Origin: Anthoceros angustus
Lineage: Eukaryota; Plantae; Anthocerotophyta
Reading direction: 5' to 3'
NCBI GenBank assembly: GCA_010909165.1
Contig: MU008192.1
Coordinates: 124,001 to 188,000, forward strand
DNA length: 64,000 nucleotides
In this document: one piece after another, positions 36,063 to 49,431 of the stretch
How the letters are laid out: each line of letters begins with the position of its first letter
Numbering within the stretch: the stretch's first letter is position 1
The notes under the pieces: model-generated
What the model was told of the DNA's origin: nothing
The model's database searches: none
What the model saw: only the letters and a program-made list of their open reading frames with translations
Made by a program: the position numbers and the translations under genes

Positions 36063-37968
36063 ATGTTCCGTGTTCCCGGGCTCGGTTGTGGCCATGTATC
36101 TTTCCTGTTATCCGCTCGCAAGGTGCAGCATGTGAGAAGTAGTACGATGGAGTTGTCGTTGGACATGATAGGTTTCAATCGAAGCGGGAGGGCTAGAGAG
36201 GCACAACATCGCGGTTTCCCATACAGCAAAAGCGAGTGGTTGCGGGTCAAGGGCGTCAGGCATTTTGGAGGAACTTGTGCTTGTCGAATTTCAAGGAGGC
36301 ACGATGTTTGCAAGCCGGAGTCTGGCAAGGAATCTCGTTTCGGTGATGCCAGTACAGGTTTGCAAGCTGAGTCACCTTCAAAGGAGGCGGATCCTGGCTT
36401 GCCGAGAACTTTCTCACCTCCGTCTTTCACCAAGCCTTTACTTTTGAAACGGCACTCTAGGATTCTCAAGGACTGGGATGGACCTACAGGCACCGCTGTT
36501 CTCATTGACAAGCCTAAAGGTGCAAGGATTATTTGGTGGTGGACAATGCATTCTCAGCTGTTTTCAATGGCAGGGCTGCTGTCTCATCTGTTGGCTCGAA
36601 TGTAGGCTGGACATCTTTTGCAGTCTGTGCGAAGTTGAGAAGCTTGACAAAAGTTAAAAAGGTACACGTTGCACGAGGTGCTCCTATAATCGCCAGCAAT
36701 CGGTGTTCTGGTTTCTGCTTGTTGCAATGTAGTCTGAAATGCTGACATACTATGTGAGCAGGCAGTGAATCGCCGTTGACGTCTTGAACGACAATGCATC
36801 CTCTAAAAGGTGGCTATTGGCAGGTTGGGCATGCTGGCACTCTGGATCCCATGGCAACGGGGCTGTTGATACTGTGTCTAGGAAAAGCAACTAAAGTAGT
36901 GGACAGGTACTGGGAGTCCTGTGAGGCTTGTAGATGCAAGATTCTTGCCCTTGCATTACGATCCATTCACGTATCTTTCGTTTTATGTAGATACCAAGCC
37001 ATGACAAAAGTTTACAGTGGTACGCTTCGTCTCGGAGAGCTGACGCCCTCAGCAGATGCCGACACCGAGGTAGTTGTCGAGCTTTTTGTTGCTGACTATT
37101 CCAGGAGAACCAAGATGGCAAACTGTGTCAGTCAATGGTGCAGGGCTCTGATAGTTCGGAACAGTCTGGCTTTCCAGGTTACCGACAGGCTACCATGGGA
37201 GCACATACAAGACACTGACTTAGAAGCAGCAGCGCAGAAGTTCTTAGGAGAGATCTTGCAAGTTCCACCTATGTACTCGGCCATTAAGGTAGGCATCCTT
37301 TGATAGCAGCCCTCACACTGTTCAGATCTGTCATAATGCAAATTCAAAGAGAAGCGATCTGATCGTCAGGTGAAAGGAGAGAGGCTGTATGAGAAAGCTC
37401 GGAGAGGAGAAGAACTGGACATTCCTCCAAGGACGGTAACAGTCTCTGAGTTCCAACTGACTAGAAGCGAGCAAAACAGGTGCCAAGAGGTGGTTTATGA
37501 CACTTCATACCCCAGAGATCCGAATCCATCTAACCTCAGCCTGATGATGATGCTTCCTGTGTTTCTGTTTTGCAGACAGGAGGTTGACTTTAAAGTTGTT
37601 TGCTCGAAGGGAACCTACATCAGATCACTTTGCACAGATGTTGGACTCGCATTGAACAGGTTGGTCAATAACCTTGAATTGTCAACTAGTTGCTAGATTC
37701 GTGTCCCCTCGTGCTAGCCTGATATTTTTTGCTTCTTCACCTTGCAGTTATGCACATCTTATAGCTCTCCGTCGAGAAAAAATTGGTAAGCTTGGTTTTT
37801 GTGACGGACCACTCCTGGTACTTTCACTTCTAGAGTGCATGCCTGGGCCTCTTCTCATACAACGCTAGCCTAATACTTGTGGTGCCGTATTTTGCAGGAG
37901 ATCTGTCTGTGGAGGATGCATGGACTGTGGCCGATTTACAGCTAGAATATTCCCGCCTATACCTTTGA
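36063..37968 (+). CDS. TruB-family tRNA pseudouridine synthase with probable organelle transit peptide, multi-exon
   Basis: VLIDKPKGWTSFAVCAKLR; KVGHAGTLDPMATGLLILCLG; QVPPMYSAIKVKGERLYEKARRG; VVCSKGTYIRSLCTD; AHLIALRREKIG; stop 37966-37968. The start codon is uncertain. Confidence 0.9.
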
Positions 37969-38715
37969 TCCTGACCAAATAAGAGGGGATTCTGTGCTAG
38001 AATGTACGCAACATGTGTAAACGATCACGAACAAGTCCTTTACAGGCTACCACAGAACATTGCGCTTGTCCACGGGTGTACATTAGAAAATCGTAGAGCA
38101 AACAATCTACCATCCCACTCGTGCCCACTTGTTCGCTGAAGCGGAAATTCCGCATCATTTACGACCACGGTCGGAAATTTGAAAAGGAGTTTTTGTTTCA
38201 CCAAGCTTCCACAGTCCCCGCGCCTGCCAGTCTAGAAGGTGTCACCATCTGCATGTGATGAGATGAATAATACACGGATTGTTGCGTTAACCTGCTGTAA
38301 AGGCACCGATGGAGACCAACAACAAGGCATCCAAGCCCATTAGTGTTTGAGAAGGCTGAATGAATTCACATGGTGCCTGCAGGCCTTTTGGTAGCACATC
38401 GTCTCTGTCCGTTGCCGTCAGATAGTCACCAACTGGTCGTTCCTCTACCCCAGCGTTTGACATGGGTGTTCTCTTCACACATTTGGGCTTGGATCGGCCT
38501 GCCAATCTAATTCAAAATACTTCCGGAGAACAGCCTGCATGCTCCAAGGAGCAGTCCAGGTTTCCATGTGGTCGACGTGGCTAACGATGGGATGAGGGGT
38601 CTTTGTGCTGCTACCTCTCCCTGTGCTTATGGAGGTGAAAGGTAGGAAGACTTGTCATGCCTGTTAGGCCTTGTCTCTTTGTGCTGGTATGCCCAACTTT
38701 GACTGATTTGGAGCT

Positions 38716-41403
38716 TTGAGATCGTTGGGCTGGTGCAGGACTCGGGCCAAATTTGAGGATACATGGGATATTGGGGTTCTCTGTAAGGAGGGACAGCTGG
38801 ACAGGGCTCTCTATGCCCTGGTTCGTATGGATCAGGAGAGCAATGCCCCATCCGTGCTCGTGTATAAATCCCTGCTGCAGGCATGTATGAAAAGAAAAGC
38901 ACTTGATGAGGCAAGGACTGTGCTTGCTCATATGGAAAAATATGGGTTGGAGTTAGACAAAGCTTTGGGCGACCTTGTGGTGACCACCCTTTTGACTTGT
39001 GGAAGCCTTGCAGCTGGGGTGCAACTATTTCGGAAATTGTCACACCGTTCAGTGTTCTCTTGGACTGCCATCATTTCAGGGTATATCAAAGCTGGACGAT
39101 ATAGAGAGGCTCTTTCTTGCTATGAGCAGATGCAAGGAGAAGGTATCCAACCTGATAAGTACACCTTTGTCAGCTTACTCAAAGCATGCAGCCGGTTGGA
39201 GGACCTAGAGGAGGGCAGACGGATTCACGTAGCTGCTGTGAAGCATGGTTTCGAACAGGACATTTTCGTTGCCAACACTTTGGTTAGTATGTATGCTAAA
39301 TGTGGGAGCATACGTGATGCCAAACAGGTGTTTGACAGATTGTCACAGCGTGATGTCGTGTCATGGAATGCGATGCTTGCAGCCTATGCTCAACAGGGCC
39401 AAGGAACTGAGGCCTTGAAGATATATTTTCAAATGCAACTGAAAGGTGTCAGGCCAAATGATAGGACTTTCGTCAGTGCTCTTCAAGTATGCGGCATTAT
39501 TGCAGACGCGGAGGAAAGCACTATGGTGCAGGACCAATGTATCAAACTGGAGTCGTTAAGGCATGGAAGAAAGCTGCATGCTGAAATCGTGGAACGGGGT
39601 TTTGACTCAGATGTTTATGTTGGTAACAGTTTGGTAAGCATGTATGCAAAGTGTGGGAGCATTCCGGATGCTCAGCAGGTTTTTGACAGCTTGTCTCGTC
39701 GTGATGTAGTATCATGGACTGCATTGCTCGCTGCCTATGCTCAGGATGGCCAAGGAGAAAATAGCTTGCAGATATATGCAAGAATGCAAGAGGAAGGCAT
39801 GAGGCCAAATGATCGAACATTTGTTAGTGTTCTTCAAGCATGCAGCACCCTTGCAGCAGAAGAGGAGGAGTTTCTTGTAGATGGCCATAATTTCAAACTG
39901 GAGTCACTTCAAATGGGAAAAAGATTGCATGCTGAAGCTACTAACATGGGTTTCCAAGTCGATGTGTTTGTCTCTAATAGTTTGATTACTATGTATGCAA
40001 AGTGCGGAAGCATCCCAGATTCGCAGCTGGTATTTGACAGATTGTCCAACCGTGACATCGTCTCCTGGAACGTGATGCTTGCAACTTATGCTGAGCAAGA
40101 CCAAGGGCATAAGGCGTTGGAGCTCTATGGCCAAATGCAAGAGGAAGGTGTTTTGCCAAATGGTAGAGCCTTTGTCAGTGCTCTTCAGGCATGTAGCGGC
40201 CTTGCAGAAAGGGACACGGGTATACTTGTACAGGGGCGCAGTGTCAAGGTGGAGTCTCTGCAAAGGGGGAAACAAATGCATGCTCAAGCTGCTGCAAGGG
40301 GTTTGGAGTCCGATGTTTTTGTCCAGAACACCTTGATCTTTTTCTATCTGAGGTGTGAGAGGCTAAATGATGCAGAGTATGTGTTCGAGCAACTGTCCCA
40401 CCGAGATCTGTTGTCATGGAATGCTATGATCTCAGCATATGTTCAGCAAGGCGAAGGAGAAAAGGCTTTGCAACTATATGCACAAATGCACGAGGAAGGC
40501 GTGAAACCGGACGAGTCTACATATCTTGCTGTGCTAGAAGCATGCAGCAATACAGGAGCATTTGATACGTGTATGTGCATCCATCAGAGCATCATAGTGA
40601 GTAAATTTAGTTCCAGTCTTCGTATAGCAACCAGTTTGATTCATGCCTATGGACGATGTGGGAGCATGGTGTCAGCACAGCTTGTGTTCAATTCCATGCC
40701 TGTAGCTGATGTTGTGTCATGGACTGCCCTACTGGCTGGGTATGCTCGTCAGGGAGACCATGAACGAAGTTTCCAGTGTTTCGAGGATATGCGTCTAGCA
40801 GGCTTGGAGCCTGATCAAGTTACATTCATGGCACTGTTGTCTGCATGCAGTCATGTCGGCATGGTGGACAAAGGACTGGAGTACTTTGGAATCATGACGG
40901 GAAATTGTGGCATTTCGGCAAACCTGGAGCACTATGTTTGTGTCATTGATCTTGTTGCACGTGCTGGACTCATCAGTAAGGCAGAAGATCTGATATCGAA
41001 AATGCCGATACAGCCTGATCTGTGTGTTTGGTTGTGTTTGCTTAGTGCATGCCGAAAACATGGCAATGTGGTCGTGGCCAAGCGTGCCTTTGATAAAGCT
41101 GTGGGCTTGGAGCCGAATGAAGCTGCAGCCTACATGCTCATGTCAAGCATCTATGCAAATGCGGGCCTTTGGGAGGATGCATTGGAAGTACAGGAGTTAA
41201 GACACAGATCGGGTGCTTCGTGGAAGAATGCCGGCCAAAGCTGGATTGAGCACGAGCAACAACTACACACGTTTCTTGTGGGAGATCACAGGCACGATCA
41301 AAAGGCACAGTTATATGGTTTGCTGAAACAGCTCAGCTCAGAGTTGTACGAGACAGGGTATGCCCCACCTGCGGCGCTGGCGCCTGGCACAGAGCTGGGA
41401 TGA
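38716..41403 (+). CDS. PLS-class PPR protein, E+ type (truncated DYW, no deaminase motif)
   Basis: 895-aa ORF of P-L-S triplets and E1/E2, ending KNAGQSWIEHEQQLHTFLVGDHRH...GYAP with no HxE/CxxC. The true start is uncertain. Confidence 0.92.
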   Translation: MRSLGWCRTRAKFEDTWDIGVLCKEGQLDRALYALVRMDQESNAPSVLVYKSLLQACMKRKALDEARTVLAHMEKYGLELDKALGDLVVTTLLTCGSLAAGVQLFRKLSHRSVFSWTAIISGYIKAGRYREALSCYEQMQGEGIQPDKYTFVSLLKACSRLEDLEEGRRIHVAAVKHGFEQDIFVANTLVSMYAKCGSIRDAKQVFDRLSQRDVVSWNAMLAAYAQQGQGTEALKIYFQMQLKGVRPNDRTFVSALQVCGIIADAEESTMVQDQCIKLESLRHGRKLHAEIVERGFDSDVYVGNSLVSMYAKCGSIPDAQQVFDSLSRRDVVSWTALLAAYAQDGQGENSLQIYARMQEEGMRPNDRTFVSVLQACSTLAAEEEEFLVDGHNFKLESLQMGKRLHAEATNMGFQVDVFVSNSLITMYAKCGSIPDSQLVFDRLSNRDIVSWNVMLATYAEQDQGHKALELYGQMQEEGVLPNGRAFVSALQACSGLAERDTGILVQGRSVKVESLQRGKQMHAQAAARGLESDVFVQNTLIFFYLRCERLNDAEYVFEQLSHRDLLSWNAMISAYVQQGEGEKALQLYAQMHEEGVKPDESTYLAVLEACSNTGAFDTCMCIHQSIIVSKFSSSLRIATSLIHAYGRCGSMVSAQLVFNSMPVADVVSWTALLAGYARQGDHERSFQCFEDMRLAGLEPDQVTFMALLSACSHVGMVDKGLEYFGIMTGNCGISANLEHYVCVIDLVARAGLISKAEDLISKMPIQPDLCVWLCLLSACRKHGNVVVAKRAFDKAVGLEPNEAAAYMLMSSIYANAGLWEDALEVQELRHRSGASWKNAGQSWIEHEQQLHTFLVGDHRHDQKAQLYGLLKQLSSELYETGYAPPAALAPGTELG

Positions 41404-41474
41404 ATCATATTCATCTTCAGGTGCAAAACTTTACCCACGACCCAGCAAGCACCAACCATGTGAAGTTTGGTGGA

Positions 41475-44260
41475 TCACAGCCTCTGTGGCTCTTTAACGG
41501 CTTCCATGAGATTAATCAGGTAGTCATTAATCTGCCCTCTTTCTGGGTGCAGTTGGTCGTGAGCCACAAAGGTGTGACTCTCATTGTTGACTTCCATCCA
41601 TGTGCGACCAGGTTGCTTCTTGGCCCCTGCACCATGCATCCTCTTTCGTATCTCTGCTCTCTTCTCTGGCCTTCCTGCGGCTTGGTAGAGGTTTGCCATC
41701 AGGACATAGGCTGCATAGTACGTTGAATCTAACATTAGAATGGCGTCAAAGGCACGTTCTCCCACTTCGACATCAAGATGGGTTCGGCAAGAGCCCAAAA
41801 GAGACATCCATACCACAAGATCTAGTTGCAGGGGAATCGTGTGGATGAATTGTTCTGCATCATCCACAGAACTCGACCGGCCAAGAAGATCGACTATGCA
41901 AGCATAGTGCTCCATCTGAGGGACGATGCCATACTCAGAAGACATCGACCGGAAAAGGTGAATTCCTTCGTCCTTCAAACAACCGTGACTGCAAGCAGAA
42001 AGCAGGCAAGTAAATGTTACGCTGTCTGGAGGACTGCCCTCTTCTTGCATCTGCTGGAATAGCTGCAAAGCCACCTGACCCTCACCATGCCGAGCATACG
42101 ATGCTATCATTGTGTTCCAGCATGCGATGGATCTTTCTGGAAGTCGATCAAAAACCCCTCGTGCATCCTTGACATCCCCGCATTTGGCATACATGTCCAT
42201 AAGAGCACTGCCAATGAACATGTTTGCTTGGAAATCACGCTTTTCAATGTAGGAATGTATCAGCTTGCCCACATCAAGACTTGCTGATGTGTGACAGGCT
42301 TTGAGAATGCTTATGACTGCTACTTCGTCTGGTTGAACTCCTTCTATTTCCATCTTGTGAAAGAGACTCAGCGCATCCTGCCCCCTACCATGCTGGGCAT
42401 ATCCTGCAATCATCTTAGTCCAGCTCATCAGACCCCTATTTGCCAATTTGTCAAACAGCATCCTCCCTTCGCTTAGGCTCCCACATTTGACGTACAAATC
42501 GATGAGAATGCTGCTAAAAAGTGGATCCAACTCCAAACCACTTTTGCAAAGGTAAGCATGGATAGCCTTGCCCTGGTCCAGTGCACGTCCAATTGAACAT
42601 GCAGTCAGCATGCTCGTAATAGTGAACTTGTCTGGCTGCAACCCCTCCTGCTGCATTTGCTGCAAAAGGTGGAGGGAACTATCAAGATCTCCATCACGGA
42701 CATAACTGGCAATCATTATGTTCCAGGACACCAGATCTCTAGGAATCCTGTCAAATACACTGCGTGCAATATCTAGGCTGCCACATTTGCTATACATGTC
42801 AATGAGGGCATTGCCAACCATCACATCAGACTCAAAGCCACACTTCAAGATGCTAGCATGGATTGCTTTGCCCTGGTCTACAGCAGCAATACTGGAACAA
42901 GCTTTCAGCATGCTCACAAGTATGACCTTGTCAGGAACTACGCCTTCCTGCTGCATTATCCCGAAAAGCTTGAAAGCCTCATCGACACCTCCATGCTGCA
43001 CATATCCAGAAATCATAGCCGTCCATGTCACTAAATGTTTGCTTGGCAACCTATTGAATACCTTGCAAGCGTCTGCCATGCTGTCACAATTGGAGTACAT
43101 GTTAATGAGGGTAGTACCAACAGATAAATCTGACTCCAAACTACTGCCTGTAATTCCAGCATGCAGCAACTTCCCTCTCTCTAGGGCTGCTGAGGTTGAA
43201 CATGCTTTGAACATGCTCAGGATCGTGACCTTGTCGGGGTGCAAGCCCTGTTGTTGCATTTTCAGGAAGAGACGAAACGACTGTTCACTCTCACCAGCCT
43301 CGGCATACCCTGCAATCATGGAAGTCCATGTGACCAAATCTTTGGTTGGGAGTCTATCAAAAACTTCACAGGCATCCAAAAGGCTTCCACACCTCATATA
43401 CATGCCTATAAGGCTGCTGCCAACACATACATCCGACTCCATACCGGTGTTCAAGATGTAGGAATGTATCATCTTGCCCTGAGCTAGGGCTTCTACGCCG
43501 AAACAAGCCTTCAGAATGTTCACAACCGTCACCTTGTCCGGGTGTATGTTTTCCTCCTGCATTTTTTGGAATAACTGCAAGGCATCCTGGCCTCTACCAT
43601 GCTGCGCATACCCTGCTATCATTGCTGTCCACGTCACCAGATCTCTGTTCAGCAACCTGTCGAACACATTCGATGCATCCACCAGGTTCCCACATTTACA
43701 ATACATGTCGATGACAGCATTGGCAACAAATACGTTTGACTCAGACCCACATTCAACAACGTCTGCATGGATCATCTTCCCTTCTGCAGCTGCTCCAGCA
43801 CTGCTACAGGCGTTGAGGACGGCAACAAACACATAGTCATCAGCCTTGCCACCACACTCTCGCATTCTGTGATACAGCTGTATAGCCTGCTCAGCGTCTC
43901 CAAGCCGAGTATGTGCTGATATGATTGCAGGCCACACAAACTTGTCTGGTGCAGGAAGCTTTTCAAACACCTCATTCGCTTCCACCAAACTCCCACAGGC
44001 AGAAAACATGCGGATAAGGTGGTACCCCAAAAAGGGATCCTCCTCCAACCCACACTTCACGATGAGGGCATGCAGCCGTCTGCCAAGAGCCAAATTCTGA
44101 TCCTTCCCGCATCTTTGCAGCACACGAGAAACTGGACCGCTGGCAACAACAACTCCTGCTTCCACCGAAAGCTCCACACTCTGAAATGCGGCACAGAGGC
44201 TTCCTTCGTCACACAGCTTGCTGAGCCCTCCGGGCCAACCTTCCCTGTCCCTGAGCCTAC
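41475..44260 (-). CDS. PLS-class PPR protein, E+ type
   Basis: 900-aa ORF; the frame stays open to ~44270 and a 5' exon probably lies upstream. PLS triplets end KKQPGRTWMEVNNESHTFVAHDQLHP with no deaminase motif. Confidence 0.92.
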
Positions 44261-44951
44261 GCAGAGACCATCACCCTATGTCAGCAGGCAAAATCCAGAA
44301 AACATCAGCAACTCAAAGCCACAGCAACCTGCGCTGAACTGCAGAAAGGGAAGGACCTGCTATTGACATGCCCAAATCCGGGAGCCCGCAGGGAAGCCCT
44401 CTTTCCCCCACAATTGCCCAACTCCATGCTCTGCCCGGTATTCCTGCCAGCATCCGATGTCCAGGTCGCAAAAACCCGGAAACAGCCGGTAAGGTGTGGC
44501 ACCCTTGACTGGTGCCATCGCCCCACACGACAGGAGAAACCTGACTTGCTGCAGCTTCTGAGTTGGGAGTGGATGTGGTCCAAAATCTTGCGGAGGCATG
44601 AGGACCCAGCAGACCGGGTCCGGAGACACATGCAAGTGCACTGATGCAAAGGCTGGAGATGAGGAAGACTGCATCTCAAAATATGACTGGGGGTTTCCTG
44701 ATGAAAATCAGCTCACACCATGAGGATGTCCTCCTGGCATCGCCCAGGATCGTGCGGAAGCATAGGAGATTATTTTAGGACAATGTAGCTATTTGATTTG
44801 ATGGAAAACAAATAAATGACGGTGCCGATGGGGATGGCGATGGGGATGATGATGATGATGATATGCTGAAGCTCAGCTCTTTATCCTTTCTCTGCGTTGC
44901 GCCCCGGCGGGATTCGGATGAGGTGAGGCGGATCGACGGATTCGGATTGAC

Positions 44952-46230
44952 ATGGCGGCCTCCTCGTCGTCGCTGCTGCGCGTCACCGCTGGTAGTGGGT
45001 CCTCCTTTCCTCCCTCTCATCAGTTCGAGCTCGCCTTCTTCAAGGATTTGGAGCTGACATGCTAACTAGGTGCAGGGGCCGTCGTCCATCCACTGTGCTC
45101 GTCGCCACCCAGTGCTGCAACCTGCCGAGCCCGGCCATCTGCTAGCCCATTCATCCAGCCGCATTGCTCCTTGAGCTCGCGCTTGGAGGAAGAAAATGCG
45201 GACAGGGCACCCAACAGCGCCTTCAACCGCAGGCAGGCTCTGGCAGTGCCGTTGCTGGCACTCCTGGCGGCCAACAGCCTGCCTGTGAGGGATTCCCAGG
45301 CCGCCATTCCCGAGCCGGTGTTTCAAAAGCTCTGCGACCCCGACTGCGAGAAGGAGCTTGAAAATGTATGGTGAGCCTCGAGCTTCATTCCTGGTAGCCT
45401 GTGCTTTTGCCGAATTCGTGCCCAGCAGCCCACCAGCCTGTTCCTTGTACTGTTTGTTTTGGAGACCGCCTTGACGTGTTGTGATGCAGATCCCAACCAC
45501 CACAACCAGCTCCGGTTTGCAGTACAGGGATATCATTGTTGGTACTGGGCCGACACCTCCTGTCGGGTTTCAGGTGAGCACTGACTTCACTCCTCAAGCG
45601 GGAAGGTGCAATCCTGGATACATCGCAGCCTGAGTGGGAGAGTGTGAATGCCATGCAGGTGGCTGCCAATTATGTGGCGATGGTGCCATCCGGGAAGGTT
45701 TTTGACAGGTAAATCAGCCAGCCTCCCCGCTGTGTTACTGGATCATCTGCCTCTTTGAAGGTGGGCCTGACGAAACTGGATTCTGATTGTGGCAGTTCTT
45801 TAGAAAAAGGCTTCCCATACATATTCCGGGTTGGTGCTGGTCAGGTAGGATTCTCCTGTGTGACCAGCTTGCTGACATGATAAGATTGTGCTTTCCTTGT
45901 ATGCTCATCTAAGCTCCGGTGCTCTTTCTTCCCACCACCACCAGGTTATTAAAGGTGTAGACGAGGGTCTCCTAACCATGAAAGTCGGCGGAATTCGTCG
46001 ACTTTACATTCCAGGAGAGGTTAGTGACGTGTGTGCATTGGTGGGGTTGTCTCATTCAGCGGTTGTACTTTGAATGTGTAACCGTGAGTGATGCTTCTTG
46101 TTCAATACAGCTCGCTTTTCCCAAGGGTTTATCTGCTGCTGCCGGACGACCGAGGGTGCCGCCTAGCAGTCCTGTTATCTTCGACGTGAAGCTGCTGTAC
46201 GTCCCAGGCCTTGATAACGAGGATGAATAA
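44952..46230 (+). CDS. FKBP16-3: Thylakoid-lumen FKBP-type PPIase, multi-exon
   Basis: Twin-arginine NRRQALAV; LCDPDCEKELEN; TTSSGLQYRDI; PPVGFQVAANYVAMVPSGKVFDSSLEKGFPYIFRVGAGQVIKGVDEG; LAFPKGLSAAAGRPRVPPSSPVIFDV...PGLDNEDE*. Confidence 0.85.
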
Positions 46231-49200
46231 TTCCTTGCATCAAACTAGGTAGACCTTCAGCATCTCAATTCCTTTTTCCCAATGCGAGTGCTTAAATCTG
46301 AAGATAGCCCCGGATCGAAGTCTTCCCCAAGAAATGTTACCATGCGTGAGCCCATGATGGCCAACAACGAGGCCTCCACGTTCCACATCTGCGTTTATCT
46401 CTGCTCAGCATCCTGCAATCGAGCGTCTCCCACGTTGACTCCCGGGAGGCAGTGGATGTAAACTTCGAACTCTGCCGGCTCCCTGCAGTAATGCCGAAGG
46501 GTCAGGGCAACGGCAAGAAGCACGATGTAGAAGAGGGCTCATTCGAAGAGAGAGATAGGAGGGAGTCGCGCACTTCATCACCGTAGCTCACTTCACTAGA
46601 GTCTTCCACACTTCACATCACCGTAGGTCACTTCATGAGAGACTTCCACACTCCACCACCACCGCAGCCCACTTCATCAGACTTCCACACACGTAGGCTG
46701 ATTAGGGGACAAAAGGGATTCCTGCACGAGAACCCCAGCAACAGGAATGAAGATGCGTAGCACCAAAAACAGAACTCCTAGGCGAGCAGAAACATCCACC
46801 ACCGACGAAAAAGTAGGGCCCAACTCACGCCCTCCTTTTCAGAAATCGGACAACAGCCTCCTGCTCAGCAACTTGAGGATAACCACCCGCCGTCGAGACC
46901 ACATGAAACCTACGAACGGTTTTCACAAGGAAGGCAGAAACCTCATCCTCTGGCACACTGACACACCAGCCAGTTTCCAGAGCCTCTCCCAAAACCTTCA
47001 AAAGCTTCTCGAAGGAAGCACTGTGATCAGAAATGAGAGGCACCTCCCAAACCCAAGACAAGACGTTGCGAGAAGCCAGCAAAGGAGCATAGAATTGTCG
47101 TTTCAGATTGATGACCCAAGAGTGACCCCGGAGCACCCGAGAGTCTCCAAAAGTCTCAGAAGTCTCAAAAAGTCTCAAAAGCCTGAGACGTGGACACACC
47201 CAATGCAATCGCGATGGCCCCATGTGCAAAAGAAGTGGTTAACCACCATGCTTTCCCCGCTTTTTCTACACCAAACCCGGTTGTGGCGGCCCCTCCGCCA
47301 GTCAGCAGTACAGTATCCAGTACCCAGTGTCTACCATTGGAGAGAAGGATCGGACTACCTCTCCACATCCGACTTACACAGGACGCAAGTGATAGCCTGG
47401 CACGAAGACGGGCATGCTTCTCCATGCTTGCAATTCGCGAAACGGCAGCGATGTGATCCATCCTCGAATTCCAAACCACGCAGAGAAGGCGAAGGTCATC
47501 CAGAGAAGGTCGTTATTGATAGAGTATCATCATGAGGTCATCCATGAGATTATGGTTGCGGCCATGGAGTGGATGTTTCCTTATGTTGCCTGGAGCAGGC
47601 TTTCTCATGGAGCGATTAGGTGGGTCACTGGCGCAAACTTCCACACAAGGCAGGACCTCCCCTCCAGGTACAGAAGCAGAGCACCTGACGCCATGTGTAT
47701 CGTGTATCCAGAAGCATATGTGATGAAGGGAACCACGGACTGGATCCCGGAAATACAGCGGCGTCTGCCGTACTGTACTGTCAGGGAGGTAGGTGCCCAA
47801 GACCTCCAGCCTGCGCCAAAAGAAGATGAGGGAAAGGGAAGTTATGGGAAGCACATCCCAACGGGGTCTGCCGGTTCCGCAAATCGAAGAGGTCGGGACT
47901 CGGAATGGAGTAAAGTTTATAGTTTCTCTCTCATCACCGGATGTGGCGCCGGCGGATCCGCCTCTCTCTGGTAGCCACTACCACATGTACAGCTCATCGA
48001 GGCATCGTTCGGACGGGGCGGGCCATGTTGTCAAGTAAGAGGGGATCTCTCAAAATAGTACACCTACAATTTTAGGTTGATTTGGTCAGGACGCAAAGGA
48101 CGTTAATGGTTGGTTGGCTCCTCGACCCCAGGGGCTCGGAGTGCAAGTCTGTAATTAGCACAATCGGTGAATGCTTGCCTTGCAAGGCTATTTTTTTTGA
48201 TGTTGGTGCCCTATATTTTTTTTTAAATTTTGCCGCCGCTGGTGCTGGATGTGCGGATGGGATCTGCAACGCGAGCCTGGCATACTGTCACACCGTACAT
48301 ACCATGAGAAGGAAAAAGAGGATATGCTTTTTAGTCCATAAAGACTTACATGTCTGTATGCGATCGAAATGATGATTACAATAAAAATATTTGAATTTAT
48401 TTAAGTATTTAATTAATTATTTAAGAGTAGAATTTTGTGGCAAAAGTGGTGTGTGCTGCAACACGTGTGTACCTATAGTTTTGAAAGGGATAGGCTTTCC
48501 TTCCTTCTTAGACTTCAATTAAAGCGGTAGGATCGAGGTTTCGTAAGCGGAGCGGCAGGCTGGCCCGGGGACCGGGCAGTGGTAGGGCGTCAACTACCGG
48601 TCATGCGGAAGGCGGGTCCGACACCGACAGCGCTGCTTGTGTGGCCAAGCTGCGAGCCTGCTAACGGGACTTGACCCCGTTTTGACGTGTGACTTGCGGT
48701 TACCTCCTGTCCCGGTCAACGAGTGGCTGCACGGCAGGCCAGCAGGAGCCGCCCTGCGGCTGACCCGGTCGCCTCGTCTTTTTTTGGGCCCCTGGAGATC
48801 CTCCCTCCAGTAGTTCCTCAAACCCAGGAGGCCGGGCCGGGCCGGGCCGGGCCGGGTGTGTGATAGGACCACACGCCACCACCTTTGCCGCCTGGTGAAG
48901 AGTGGCCGTCAGTCGTCGCGTTATTAAGAAATCCCTTCTTCGTCTTCTTCCTCCTGCCTGGAGCCTGGAGCCTGGACTCCAATCCTTCCCCTCCCTCCCG
49001 CTCTGGCTTCGTTGCTCTCTTCTGCTCTGCTTTGCTCTGCGCAGCGCAGCGCTTGCTTGCCTGCCCGCCGCTCCCAGGTGCTTGCTTGTGCCATCCCATG
49101 TTTTCTGGGCTTGTCGTACTTAGTATCTGTATGCTGCTTGGCGTGATGCTGCTGGAGGCAGGAGATTGAGTAGCAGGCTGGGACTCCAGCTGCAGCTAGT

Positions 49201-49431
49201 GCTCTTGCTGGATCGAGTGTGTCAGAGTTCCGAGCTCCAAGCGTGAAGAGAGGTTTTTTTGTGTGTTTGTGTGTGTGTGTTTCCATGAGGCTGATGATTG
49301 ATTCGGAGCCCGGGGTGAATGGTGATGGCAGGAAGAAGAAATGACAAACGGTGGGTGGTAGCGACGAGGGTGGAGCAGGTGTAGGCAAGCAGCACCCACG
49401 AAAATTAGGGGGTGACGACATTGTTGCAACA

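Noticed and set aside
42718-43836. Plus-strand ORFs inside the minus-strand PPR gene, and minus-strand ORFs over the 59.4-62.6 kb PPR array
   Set aside because: Antisense shadows of repetitive PPR coding sequence.
46300-47900. ORFs 46747-47535 and 47414-47974 plus short cacttc...ttccacac repeats at ~46570-46690
   Set aside because: No domain I can recognise on either strand; possibly a TE relic but not supportable.
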